A DNA stretch of 64,000 nucleotides from positions 352,001-416,000 of the forward strand of contig JAZLKX010000025.1 in assembly GCA_045597865.1 (NCBI GenBank). The letters are read 5' to 3'. The notes beneath the pieces are model-generated. The model was given only the letters and a program-made list of their open reading frames with translations, ran no database searches and was not told the origin of the DNA. Every line of letters starts with the position of its first letter. Within the stretch, counting starts at the first letter, position 1. The DNA is from Bacilli bacterium (lineage in GTDB: Bacteria > Bacillota_I > Bacilli_A > RFN20 > CAG-826). Made by a program: the position numbers and the translations under genes. Below, one piece after another: positions 9,970 through 19,914 of the stretch.

Positions 9970-10929
9970 CTACTTTCTTTCGAAAACATAATCAATAAAA
10001 TGATTATACTTTTCTCCTGGCTTTAACAACAAATTATCGGCACATGAAATTTGTGGTTCGATAGCAAGTCCTCTTCTTACGTGAAGATTTGAAGTAATTG
10101 TTTCGTAATTATCCGAAAAATTGTCTGTATAAAATACAGATGAATTAAAATCTGTACTAACTTTAAGTAAATATCTATTGTTTTCTAACAAGATCTGAGG
10201 ATTTGCATCTTTATTTAAAAGTAAATAATGATCAACTCCTGAATCGTTTGGTGATTCGCTAATAGCTTTGCTAATCAGTTTCATTTCCCTAAAATCAAGA
10301 AAATCTGGTACTGACAAAATTGTTTTATCTTTTTTAATGTCATTCGATAGCAAAATGAATCTATCAGCATTCACAAATAAACTTAAATTATTAAGATCTG
10401 AATCTCCAAGATTAAAGTAAGTATGAGTTGTTAAAGAAATAGGACAAGTTTTAGATGTTGAAACATCAAAACTAATATTAATTTCATCGTGATTTTTGTA
10501 AATTTTGTAGATTATATTAATTAAAGCATCACCAGGAAAGCCTGATTCTTTGTCTATAGACAAATAGCTATATTTAATTAAAATGCAATCAGATTTTTCT
10601 TCAACAAACGAATTAAAAAACTTTGTAGCAATACCATCATGTCCACCATGTAAAGTATTTGTGCCATCATTACAACTCAAATCATAAGTAACACCGTCAA
10701 CATTTAAAGTGTGATTTCTAATTCTTCCTGCAACACGACCAACGTTTTTTCCAAAACGAACATCTTCATTCAAAAAATCAGCATCGTTTTTAACTTGTGG
10801 AGTCATAACTTCACCACAAAAATAAATTAAGTAAATTGATGCACCAAGATTATTAAAAACGACTTTCAAATTTCTGTTATTGCTAACAGTTATAAATTCC
10901 ATGCCGTTTCTAATATCTTTGCTAATCAT
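9970..10929 (-). CDS. galM: aldose 1-epimerase (mutarotase)
   Basis: GRVAGRI, LHGG, GFPG, THTYFNL, DHY, IEPQ. Confidence 0.85.
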   Translation of the reverse strand: MISKDIRNGMEFITVSNNRNLKVVFNNLGASIYLIYFCGEVMTPQVKNDADFLNEDVRFGKNVGRVAGRIRNHTLNVDGVTYDLSCNDGTNTLHGGHDGIATKFFNSFVEEKSDCILIKYSYLSIDKESGFPGDALINIIYKIYKNHDEINISFDVSTSKTCPISLTTHTYFNLGDSDLNNLSLFVNADRFILLSNDIKKDKTILSVPDFLDFREMKLISKAISESPNDSGVDHYLLLNKDANPQILLENNRYLLKVSTDFNSSVFYTDNFSDNYETITSNLHVRRGLAIEPQISCADNLLLKPGEKYNHFIDYVFERK

Positions 10930-10934
10930 TTGAG

Positions 10935-12170
10935 TTATTTTCTTAATTTAAGAACTTTTTCTTCGTATTTTTTAACTTCTTCAAACCATTCAGCTTCGCC
11001 TAAGACGCCTTGTTTTTCACAATACTCATCCCAAACTTCATTCCATGGTAATGTTTTGATTTCTTCTTGCATAGCAAGAACTTTTGTATGATCGTAAGAA
11101 TCTTGAGCTTCTTTGAGCATATTCCATGGTGTTAAAAGAGCTTTTAGTAAAGCTTTTTCCATATTGCGAGCGCCAATAACAAGTGCTGCAATTCTATTAA
11201 TAGAAGCATCAAAATAATCGAGTCCAATATATGAACGATTTAAGCCTTCGCATTTCACTAATTCATCTGCTACATCTTGTAAATCATCATTAAGTTTTAA
11301 TACATGGTCACTATCCCATCTAACTGGTCTAGAAACATGGAATGCTAAACGCGGGAAGAATGTGAACATTGATGAGATTTTATCTGCAACATTTTCAGTT
11401 GGGTGATAATGTCCTGTATCAAGTAAATTCAAAATTCCACGAGTTGCAGCATAATTTAAGTAGAATTCATTTGATCCTGTTGTGTATGATTCAACACCAA
11501 TACCAAAAACCTTTGATTCTACTGCAACATCCATAACCTTCTTATCATATTTATAACCTGCAAGAATTTCGTCAAGAGACTCTTTGAGTCTTTGTCTTGG
11601 TCCAATTCTATCTGCAGGAACATCTTTAAGTCCATCTGGAATCCAAATGTTCATCAATGAACGTTGGCCAAGTTCTTTACCAAAATATTCAGTGACCTTA
11701 AGTGAATTAATACAATGTTTAATCCAGTAATCTCTTACTTTTTTATCTGGAGAAGAAAGCGACATTCCATCAACAAGCATTGGATGGGAGAAAATTGTTG
11801 GGTTGTAATCAAGTCCCAAACCTCTAGCTTTTGCGTATTCTACCCACTTTTTAAATTGTTCTGGGCCAATATCAGCTCTATCAACAATCTTTCCGGTTTG
11901 ATAAATGGCATGAAGATTAATCTTCTTGCTACCAGGAATGTATTTTAATGCAACGTCTAAATCTTGAGTTAATTCCTCAAAATTACGTGCTTTTCCTGGA
12001 TAATTACCAGTTGTTTGAATACCACCAGTTAATGAACCAGCATTTTCAAAACCTCCAACATCATCAAGCTGCCAACAATGTAAAGAAATCTTTGTCTTAG
12101 CAAGATCTCTCATGGCTTTGTTGACATCAATGCCATACTTTGCAAATTGTTCTTTTACAGCTTTTCTCAT
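10935..12170 (-). CDS. rhaA: L-rhamnose isomerase
   Basis: SLHCWQLDDV, GNYPG, NLHAIY, ESKVFGIG, LDTGHYHP, HVSRPVRWDSDH. Confidence 0.96.
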   Translation of the reverse strand: MRKAVKEQFAKYGIDVNKAMRDLAKTKISLHCWQLDDVGGFENAGSLTGGIQTTGNYPGKARNFEELTQDLDVALKYIPGSKKINLHAIYQTGKIVDRADIGPEQFKKWVEYAKARGLGLDYNPTIFSHPMLVDGMSLSSPDKKVRDYWIKHCINSLKVTEYFGKELGQRSLMNIWIPDGLKDVPADRIGPRQRLKESLDEILAGYKYDKKVMDVAVESKVFGIGVESYTTGSNEFYLNYAATRGILNLLDTGHYHPTENVADKISSMFTFFPRLAFHVSRPVRWDSDHVLKLNDDLQDVADELVKCEGLNRSYIGLDYFDASINRIAALVIGARNMEKALLKALLTPWNMLKEAQDSYDHTKVLAMQEEIKTLPWNEVWDEYCEKQGVLGEAEWFEEVKKYEEKVLKLRK

Positions 12171-12172
12171 AA

Positions 12173-13471
12173 TTAATCCTCTGCTTTCATTTGAACTTTT
12201 ATGTTTCCTAAACTTGTAGCTTCAATTGGAAGAGCAACAACTTTTCTTCCTGTATGCTCTTCAACAAGTTTATTTAAATATTTATTTTTGGCGCCACCAC
12301 CAATTATATAAATATAATTGTAGTGTTTGCCAGTTATATTTTCTAATTCAACGCAAGCCTTACTATATGACTCTGCCATTGAATGATAAATCGAATTAAA
12401 TAAATCAAAATTGTCTTTTGGAGGGTTATCTTTCAAAAGATTTAAAATTGCTTGTTTCATATTTTTAGGTGCAGATAAAGATGGATCATTAACATCGAAA
12501 ATTTCTTTATATGTATTGTTGTCCAAACTCTTTTGCATTATGTAAAAATCTTTGTTTTCTTGTTCACAAACTTGTGTAACAATCCACATACCCATAATGT
12601 TTTTAAGGAACCTGATGTAATCTAAACCGCCTTCATTTGTAAAGTTAGCTGCTAAAGATTTATCTGTACAAATAGGATCTTTTGACTTAATGCCAAAAAG
12701 AGACCAAGTTCCACTACTTAATATAATTCCATCTTCTGAACAATCTATGGCTTCAAATGCGCTGCCTGTATCATGCGATGCACACAATATAACTTTAGTT
12801 TGTCCTCCAACCTCTTTTGCAACTTCTGGCAACAAATTGCCAAGAACAGTTCCAGGTTTTTCAATTTTGTTAAATAATCTTTCTGGAATGCCTAGCTTCT
12901 TAAGAATTTCTAAATCGAATGTTTTATTTTCGGCATTTAATAAAGCGCCAGTTGATTCATTTGTGTATTCATGTGATTTGATACCAGTTAATTTGTATGA
13001 GAAATACGAAGGAAGCATTAAGTAATCTGTTGCATTTTCAAGTCTTCCTTTATTCAAATCATCAAACAATTGATAAATTGTATTAAAAGCAGCGAATTGA
13101 ATTCCTGTATGTTTATATATTTCTTCAAACGACACTACTTCGTGCAATTTTTTAGATGAAAGTATGTTTCGCTTATTTCTATAGGCAAAATAAGGAGGTA
13201 TTTCTTTATCTCCATTCATTAAAACATAATCGACTCCCCAAGTATCTATAGACAAGGATTCGATTTTTCCATATTTAGCAAATGCTTTTTTGATGCCAAT
13301 TTTAATTTCTTCAAAAAACTTTGGAATATTCCAAACAAGCCCATCAGAAGAATCGTCCACTCCAGTTTTAAAACGATGAATTTCTTCTAATATGATTTCG
13401 CCATCCTTTAAATAACCAACAACATGTCGACCACTAGTAGCACCTAAATCAATTGCTAAATAATATTTCAT
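12173..13471 (-). CDS. rhaB: rhamnulokinase
   Basis: LAIDLGATSGR, DTWGVDY, SHDTGSA, SSGTWSL, NFTNEGG, KNIMG. Lies between rhaD and rhaA. Confidence 0.93.
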   Translation of the reverse strand: MKYYLAIDLGATSGRHVVGYLKDGEIILEEIHRFKTGVDDSSDGLVWNIPKFFEEIKIGIKKAFAKYGKIESLSIDTWGVDYVLMNGDKEIPPYFAYRNKRNILSSKKLHEVVSFEEIYKHTGIQFAAFNTIYQLFDDLNKGRLENATDYLMLPSYFSYKLTGIKSHEYTNESTGALLNAENKTFDLEILKKLGIPERLFNKIEKPGTVLGNLLPEVAKEVGGQTKVILCASHDTGSAFEAIDCSEDGIILSSGTWSLFGIKSKDPICTDKSLAANFTNEGGLDYIRFLKNIMGMWIVTQVCEQENKDFYIMQKSLDNNTYKEIFDVNDPSLSAPKNMKQAILNLLKDNPPKDNFDLFNSIYHSMAESYSKACVELENITGKHYNYIYIIGGGAKNKYLNKLVEEHTGRKVVALPIEATSLGNIKVQMKAED

Positions 13472-13472
13472 A

Positions 13473-14291
13473 TTATTTTTCTTTAATAACTCCAGGCATT
13501 ATTTTTAAATTCCAAAGTTTTGCTAAACCTAAAATTACATCATCTGGAATTTCATTAATAACTTTGCCTAATGTAAGCATATAGACTTGGGCTGTCTTCT
13601 CAACAGTTTCAATTAATCCAAATGCTTCATCAATATTACGGCCAACACCATAAATACCATGGTTTGTCCAGGTAACAATTCTGTGTTCTTTCATTTTCTC
13701 TGCTGTGGCATGGCCAATTTCTTCGGTTCCACAAATCATACATGGAAGAACTCCGATACCTTCTGGAAAGACAACAACTGCTTCAGTATTTGTTTTCCAT
13801 AACTTACGTGTAAATTCAATTTCATCTGTCTTCACGCATGCAGTCATACACATTGTGTATGTTGGATGTGTGTGCATAACAATTCTGTTTTCTGGATCAA
13901 TTCCTAAACGAACTGAATGAGACATTAAATGTGCAGGAAATTCAGAGGTAAATCTACCACCATCTTTGTAACCCCAAAGAAGTTTTGCGAAGCAGCCACA
14001 ATCAGAAATCTTAACTAAGCCCAAATTGGTTTCTGGATCATTCTTTACATTCTTAAAATATTTTCCAGTTCCTGTTACTAAGAAGTATTTTCCTCTAACA
14101 TTTTCTGGAGCTTCGAATCCTAATTCAATATCACGAATATATTTTCCACTTTTGAAATATTTGCTTACTTGTTCTTCGGTTAACATGCAAGAAACATTTC
14201 CGCCATTTCTTTCATCCCAACCTTGGCGATACATATTAGCTGTAACATCGCCCATTTCTTTTACAAAAGATGAATTAATAAATTTTTCCAT
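13473..14291 (-). CDS. rhaD: rhamnulose-1-phosphate aldolase
   Basis: GWDERNGGN, VTGTGKYF, TSEFPAH, MHTHP, WTNHG. Confidence 0.95.
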   Translation of the reverse strand: MEKFINSSFVKEMGDVTANMYRQGWDERNGGNVSCMLTEEQVSKYFKSGKYIRDIELGFEAPENVRGKYFLVTGTGKYFKNVKNDPETNLGLVKISDCGCFAKLLWGYKDGGRFTSEFPAHLMSHSVRLGIDPENRIVMHTHPTYTMCMTACVKTDEIEFTRKLWKTNTEAVVVFPEGIGVLPCMICGTEEIGHATAEKMKEHRIVTWTNHGIYGVGRNIDEAFGLIETVEKTAQVYMLTLGKVINEIPDDVILGLAKLWNLKIMPGVIKEK

Positions 14292-14317
14292 TTTGTATTC
14301 CTCTAATATTTGAAATA

Positions 14318-14326
14318 ATTATAACA
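14318..14326 (-). promoter_or_regulatory. extended -10 promoter of the rha operon
   Basis: TGTTATAAT about 27 nt upstream of the rhaD ATG, with a GAGGA RBS between them. Confidence 0.55.
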
Positions 14327-14553
14327 CTTTATATAAATATAAAAGAAATGAAATTGTATTTTTTCGATATTTTATTTTTTTACTTTATGCGTTTAATTGC
14401 TAGCAGATTATTTCGATTTATAACTTTGTTATAGTTTTTAAATAATGCAGTTTTTCTTTTTGAGAACAACTATTTTTTAGTGATAAATATTGTTAATAAA
14501 TATTTAAAAAATGTAATTTTATTTTTACTGGTCATGGTAAAATATTATCAATC

Positions 14554-15198
14554 ATGAAAACAATTGTTTTATTTGGTGACTCAATTACTGATATGGGTAG
14601 ATGGAGAGATGCTGACACTCATGCTTTTTCTTTTGGAGTTGGTTATCCTATTTTCTTAAAAGAAAAATTTGAGCGAAACAACCTTGATGTTAAATTACTA
14701 AATCGTGGTTGTTCAGGCGATTCCACCACCAATTTATTAGGAAGAATTGATGAAGATGTAATTAAAAACAAACCAGATATTGTTTCAATTTTAATTGGAA
14801 CAAATGATGTTTGGCATCTTTATGAAGACGATGAAAGTCATCACGGGAATAGCATCGAGCAATACGAGTCAAATTATAGAAAAATAATTAATACTATAAA
14901 AACAAAATTACCTAATGCAAAAATGTGTTTATTTGGATCATTCTTTGTTCCGGTAAATGTAAACGAGAAAAAAGATTTTTGGGACCACATGAAAAAACTT
15001 TATTCTTATGTAGATGTTGCTGAAAAAGTAGCAAAAGAAAATGGACTTTCGTTTACAAGATTACAACCATTAATAGATGAAGCTACAAAAGACGGAAATG
15101 TTGAAAAAGTTTTATATGATGGTATTCATCCAAATGTAAAAGGATCGGTTATTATAGCCGACACAATCTTCGAACAAATTATAAAATATATAAAATAA
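14554..15198 (+). CDS. SGNH/GDSL esterase
   Basis: GDSITD, NRGCSG, GTND, DGIHP. Confidence 0.9.
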   Translation: MKTIVLFGDSITDMGRWRDADTHAFSFGVGYPIFLKEKFERNNLDVKLLNRGCSGDSTTNLLGRIDEDVIKNKPDIVSILIGTNDVWHLYEDDESHHGNSIEQYESNYRKIINTIKTKLPNAKMCLFGSFFVPVNVNEKKDFWDHMKKLYSYVDVAEKVAKENGLSFTRLQPLIDEATKDGNVEKVLYDGIHPNVKGSVIIADTIFEQIIKYIK

Positions 15199-16389
15199 TT
15201 ATTTTATATCTGATAAAATACGATACGCTGCAGCAGTCCAACCAAGCATGTCTGGTGATTGATATTCGGCATTAGAAATTTTGCCGTTTGTAGCATCGTA
15301 TTTTTCAAATAATTTATGATATTTTTTAAAATTAGAATCAATAACGTTTATAAATTTATTTTTTGTAATTTCTGCTTCTTTTGTTAATCCAACATTCATC
15401 AATGCATCAAAGATAAACAAAGTGAATTCACCCCACATTGTTGGATAATCCCATTGATAAAAGATTGTGTCATCACGTTTTTCACAAACAGTGACGCCAT
15501 ATTCCAAATTTAACTTATCAAATATCTTTTTAGCACCATTCTTATCATTAGAAATTCCAAATAAATATGGGTATAAAGAAATAGCAGAAATGATTGAAGA
15601 AAATTTATTTTCAACAAAGTTGAAATCTAAATAAATTCCATCTTCTGTCAAAAAATATTTATTAATTAAATCTTTTCTATTGTTGGCGAGTTCAGTGTAT
15701 TTTTTAGAGTTAGCATTGTCTCCTAATTCTTTATAGAAATAGGCAATGTTATTTTCAACATCAAACATAATGCAATTAATGTCTAGTTGCAAAAATTTAG
15801 AAATATCAATACGGCTTTCTTTAGTTTTAAAACGCATATTGAAGTCCAAACCACTCTCGGCAATTGCTATAATGTCTTTGCCTATTTTAAGTTGTCCTTC
15901 TCTAGTGTCAGAATATTGCTCTACTCTACAAGCTAAGCCATCATAATGAATTTTAATATCTTCATCGTTTGTATCACATTTATATTCATTTAAGCCAAAT
16001 TTATTTATTCTTTTTGTCATGAAAAATTTATACTCTTTTAATAATGTCGGAAGATATAAATTAAGTATTCCTTTATCTTTCTTAAACTCATAATAATCTC
16101 TAATCATTCTTGAAAAGAATGGAGGCTGAGTTCTATTTAAAAGAGTATTAGCATTTGGCATATAACCAATCTTATTAATAAAATACGCAATGTTATCTAA
16201 ATTGTTTTTTACTTGATCTTCGTAACCATCAAGTAACAAACCTTCGTTAATAAAGTAGTTATCCCAATAATAAAAATCTTTATACATTATCTCTATTGAA
16301 GGAGATGTAAAAGGATAAGGAACACCATTTTGAGGTTCTCTTATAGAGTTTTTCCAATTTTCTTTAATATAATCTAAAACTTCTTTCAT
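15199..16389 (-). CDS. GH37 trehalase-like (alpha/alpha)6 glycoside hydrolase
   Basis: YYWDNYF, RTQPPF, AESGLDFNMRF, QWDYP, FEKYD, GWT. Confidence 0.82.
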   Translation of the reverse strand: MKEVLDYIKENWKNSIREPQNGVPYPFTSPSIEIMYKDFYYWDNYFINEGLLLDGYEDQVKNNLDNIAYFINKIGYMPNANTLLNRTQPPFFSRMIRDYYEFKKDKGILNLYLPTLLKEYKFFMTKRINKFGLNEYKCDTNDEDIKIHYDGLACRVEQYSDTREGQLKIGKDIIAIAESGLDFNMRFKTKESRIDISKFLQLDINCIMFDVENNIAYFYKELGDNANSKKYTELANNRKDLINKYFLTEDGIYLDFNFVENKFSSIISAISLYPYLFGISNDKNGAKKIFDKLNLEYGVTVCEKRDDTIFYQWDYPTMWGEFTLFIFDALMNVGLTKEAEITKNKFINVIDSNFKKYHKLFEKYDATNGKISNAEYQSPDMLGWTAAAYRILSDIK

Positions 16390-16391
16390 AA

Positions 16392-17096
16392 TTATTTGCC
16401 TAATACCTCAATATTTGTTCCGTAAAATATATCTGGATGATTTGATAACTTTTTAAATAGTAAATCCCATTTTTCCCACATTCCGTCAAAAGCATCAGCT
16501 TCATAAGAATGACCCCAAATAGCTAAAACTTGAGGTCTACTTGATTTACTATTTAAAAATTCATCAATTAATTTCTCAAAATCAATTTCAGGATCTAACC
16601 AATAGTATTGATGCCAAATGTATGGATTTTTTGGCATTTTAAATCCAGGTTTTATACATGGTCCAAAAGTTGCGGGACGTGCATAAGAAATTGTGGTTTT
16701 GCTTAAAAGCAAATCGACAAGATGGTTGCTCCACAAACCACCTGGATAAGCCATCCCTGAAACCTTATAACCGACAGCTTTTTCAAGATTCTTTTGATCA
16801 TCATTTATTTCTTTTAAAACTTCTTCATCGCTAAGTTTAGTTAAATCAGGATGATGTAAAGAATGAACCGCAACTTCATGGTCTTTATATCTATTAGCAA
16901 TTTCATCAAGCTTAACAATATTTCTAGTAATCATTTTCCCGTTCATAGGAAAAGACATATCTAAACCTGCAAGACCACTATTTAAATTAAAGGTTCCTTT
17001 TAGGCCATATTTATTCATCATTTCAATTAAACGTATGTCTTGCTGGCATCCATCATCGAAACTGAATGTTATGGCTTTATTTTTGCCGTTCCACAT
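16392..17096 (-). CDS. polysaccharide deacetylase (CE4/NodB-like)
   Basis: TFSFDDG, HEVAVHSLHHP, AYPGG, WGHSYE. Confidence 0.88.
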   Translation of the reverse strand: MWNGKNKAITFSFDDGCQQDIRLIEMMNKYGLKGTFNLNSGLAGLDMSFPMNGKMITRNIVKLDEIANRYKDHEVAVHSLHHPDLTKLSDEEVLKEINDDQKNLEKAVGYKVSGMAYPGGLWSNHLVDLLLSKTTISYARPATFGPCIKPGFKMPKNPYIWHQYYWLDPEIDFEKLIDEFLNSKSSRPQVLAIWGHSYEADAFDGMWEKWDLLFKKLSNHPDIFYGTNIEVLGK

Positions 17097-17098
17097 AA

Positions 17099-18169
17099 TT
17101 ATCTGTCCTTAATTAAAGTGCCTAAAATCATTTGAGCATAAATTCTTGCTAAAAAATCATTTGGGTGATTTACATTGTTTCCAGTCATATCTTTAAATTC
17201 TTTGAATTTAAGCAAATCTAAATGCGTTGTTGTCATATCAACCAAACAAACATTTGGCATATCTATTTCTTTCATTATATTAATAAAATTATGAACGCCA
17301 GATTTATACCATGTAGAATTTGGGTTAGGAACAGTTGTTGAAAGCAAAATAAATTCTGCATTTGGATTAACTTTCATCGTAGAAGAAATCATTGATAATA
17401 AGCGACTCTTAAATTCTTCTGGATCAAGCCAACCATCATTCATACCAAAACCAATTAATACCAAGTCTGGTTTATATTTACAAACATTTTCTTCAACATT
17501 ATCGACGCCCCACTTTGAAGTCATTCCACCAACAGCAGTATTAACATAGTTAATACTTGTTTTGTATATTCTTTCCAATTCATGAGTGACAAGTAACGGG
17601 AAAGAATCCATTTTAGGTTCAATAAAATCGCCCCACTCAGTTCCTGAGGTATTGCAACCAACTGTTATTGAATCTCCATAAAAAAGGAAGGTTGGTTTTT
17701 CTTTATTTAAAAGTTTTTGGATAAACTTAGAAATCTTTTCACCTTGATAAATTGGTTTATTACCATTCCAAATTTCTTTATGTTTATAAGAAACACAAAT
17801 TTGATGATTCATAAAATATGAGCCTTCGCTAAAAGCGAAATATTTATTTTTAATAGATTCAGGAACTTTATCGTTATCAACTGGAATTTCAGCTTTTGGA
17901 TCAGGCTTTTCAATATAATATTTATCAAATTCGATGTAAGGCATTCCTGAATTTGGAAGTCTTTTAATTCCACCGTTTTTTGTCAAAATATAATCTTTGC
18001 CTTCAACGTATTCTATATTTTGACCAAAATTATAAACACCAATTAATTCTTCGATTGGAAAAAGAAAATGAACTTCTCCTTCTTCACCTAAAATTAAAGC
18101 TGTTTCATAAAACGAAACATTTCCTTTATAAAATGGTTTTAAATACAAATCTTCTTTACCAGTAATCAT
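17099..18169 (-). CDS. SGNH/GDSL esterase with N-terminal extension
   Basis: GDSITVG, NTAVGG, GMND, NHPND. Confidence 0.85.
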   Translation of the reverse strand: MITGKEDLYLKPFYKGNVSFYETALILGEEGEVHFLFPIEELIGVYNFGQNIEYVEGKDYILTKNGGIKRLPNSGMPYIEFDKYYIEKPDPKAEIPVDNDKVPESIKNKYFAFSEGSYFMNHQICVSYKHKEIWNGNKPIYQGEKISKFIQKLLNKEKPTFLFYGDSITVGCNTSGTEWGDFIEPKMDSFPLLVTHELERIYKTSINYVNTAVGGMTSKWGVDNVEENVCKYKPDLVLIGFGMNDGWLDPEEFKSRLLSMISSTMKVNPNAEFILLSTTVPNPNSTWYKSGVHNFINIMKEIDMPNVCLVDMTTTHLDLLKFKEFKDMTGNNVNHPNDFLARIYAQMILGTLIKDR

Positions 18170-19914
18170 AATAATTTAATTACTTCCTCAGCAATGTGTT
18201 CATGGCCTTCTTTGGTTAAAATGTAAGCAGGTTCTTTGTTAGTAAAAGGAGTTTTTTTCAAAAATGAATTTAAATTAGAAACATTAATAAAATTAATGTT
18301 AATCTCTTTGCTAACTTCATCAAAGATTTTGTCCACTGCTTCATTTCCTAAAATAGATGAAATAAGAATAACATTAGACACTTCCTTAAAATTATTGATT
18401 AAGTCAATCATATTATCCTTCAATGAATAATCATTTAAATTACATGGCATAAAAAAGTCACCTAATTGAATAATTGTTATATCAGGTTTTTCTTCTTTTA
18501 ATGCGAAAAGTTTATCAATTGTTGGCTTATAGCCAATTTCTCTTTCAAATTTTTCAATATTTTTAACGGTAACGCTGACATTTTTGTGTTGTTTAATGAT
18601 GTGAATCCAATCAGAATCATTTTTATCATACAATAAAGCACTATTTTCACAGCCCCATTTGTTCCATTTAGCTTTTGGTTGATAAGAGAATTTGTTTCCG
18701 AGAACAAGCACTTTCTTATCTCCGTCTTTTAATTCGTATCCTGGAAAAAACTCAATCTCTAGAACTTTTGCCAATGACTTTGATTCTAAAGAATCATAAT
18801 TAGGGTTTGCGTAATTAGCAATCTTTTCAAAAACAGGTTTTGGAAGTAAAGGCGTAAACCAATCAAATTCGTTATAAACTATGCCAAAATTGTTTTCTCC
18901 CTCATTTTCTGGGCGATTTGATAAAGTAAACAATCTAAAAATAAAAACAGTTTCTACCCAAGGAAGTTTTTCTTGGACAACTTCAAAAAGTTTAATGAAA
19001 CGATCACCAATTGCGTTCTTTTGACTTTCTCTACAAAAATCAGACCACCCTGTTTCTGTATACCATACTTTTCTATTTACATCATTATGCTTAAGCATAA
19101 CATTATGTAAATTAATTTGAGTTTGTTCCCAATATTCATTAATTTCAACATCTTTTAAATTGTATGGATGAAAAGAGAATAGTTCAAAGAAATCATCGAC
19201 TTTAGTTGAACCTATCTTTTTTATAGAAGGATACTTTCCAGACTCAATCTTATTATAAATACGATCGATATAATCAGGAGCATATTCTTTGTTCCAAAAA
19301 GATGGGAAAAGCATTTTAGCATCCTTGTTTGCAGCCTTAATGCCCTCATTTGAGTAAAAGTTCAAATCAAGACAAATATCTTCAATTTCATCCATTGTGA
19401 AAATATAATTTTCATTTTCTTTTCGACTTTTTGCTAAATTATAGCCATTTTTATGTAAAAAGGTTCCATCAGTTCCATCTGGTTCATTTGTGGATTCAAA
19501 ATATTCAATTTCAGTAAAATTAGAAGCAATTAAGTAATGAACACTTCTTTGAAGTCTCATAAACTTAACATACATTTCTTTTTCACTTTTTGGGTCAGGA
19601 ACTACCCATGCGTCTGAAGGTTGATATCCTCTAGGATAAACGAATGCCCAATCCAAAAGTAAAAATCTTTCAACACCAGCTTTTTTTAACTTTGTTAAAT
19701 ATGAATTTAATCTGATAATTCCATCAGCCTTAAATTCAACTTGGTTGTTTTCTAAAACATTAATAATTTCAGGTGTTCTAACCCAAACGCGCATTGTTTT
19801 AGCATTTAATTGCTTTGCAAAAAATGCGATATTGTCATCACTTAAGCCTAAATCGCAACCAGGATTTACTTGGCAAGAAACTTCATCAAGACCAAAAAAA
19901 TATTTATTTTTCAT
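18166..19914 (-). CDS. clan GH-A glycoside hydrolase (GH39/GH5-like) fused to a degenerate SGNH domain
   Basis: ESTNEPD acid/base, HPY, YTETGW nucleophile, GENNFG. C-terminal KVLVLGNK...IIQLGD SGNH-like fold. Confidence 0.7.
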   Translation of the reverse strand: MKNKYFFGLDEVSCQVNPGCDLGLSDDNIAFFAKQLNAKTMRVWVRTPEIINVLENNQVEFKADGIIRLNSYLTKLKKAGVERFLLLDWAFVYPRGYQPSDAWVVPDPKSEKEMYVKFMRLQRSVHYLIASNFTEIEYFESTNEPDGTDGTFLHKNGYNLAKSRKENENYIFTMDEIEDICLDLNFYSNEGIKAANKDAKMLFPSFWNKEYAPDYIDRIYNKIESGKYPSIKKIGSTKVDDFFELFSFHPYNLKDVEINEYWEQTQINLHNVMLKHNDVNRKVWYTETGWSDFCRESQKNAIGDRFIKLFEVVQEKLPWVETVFIFRLFTLSNRPENEGENNFGIVYNEFDWFTPLLPKPVFEKIANYANPNYDSLESKSLAKVLEIEFFPGYELKDGDKKVLVLGNKFSYQPKAKWNKWGCENSALLYDKNDSDWIHIIKQHKNVSVTVKNIEKFEREIGYKPTIDKLFALKEEKPDITIIQLGDFFMPCNLNDYSLKDNMIDLINNFKEVSNVILISSILGNEAVDKIFDEVSKEININFINVSNLNSFLKKTPFTNKEPAYILTKEGHEHIAEEVIKLL

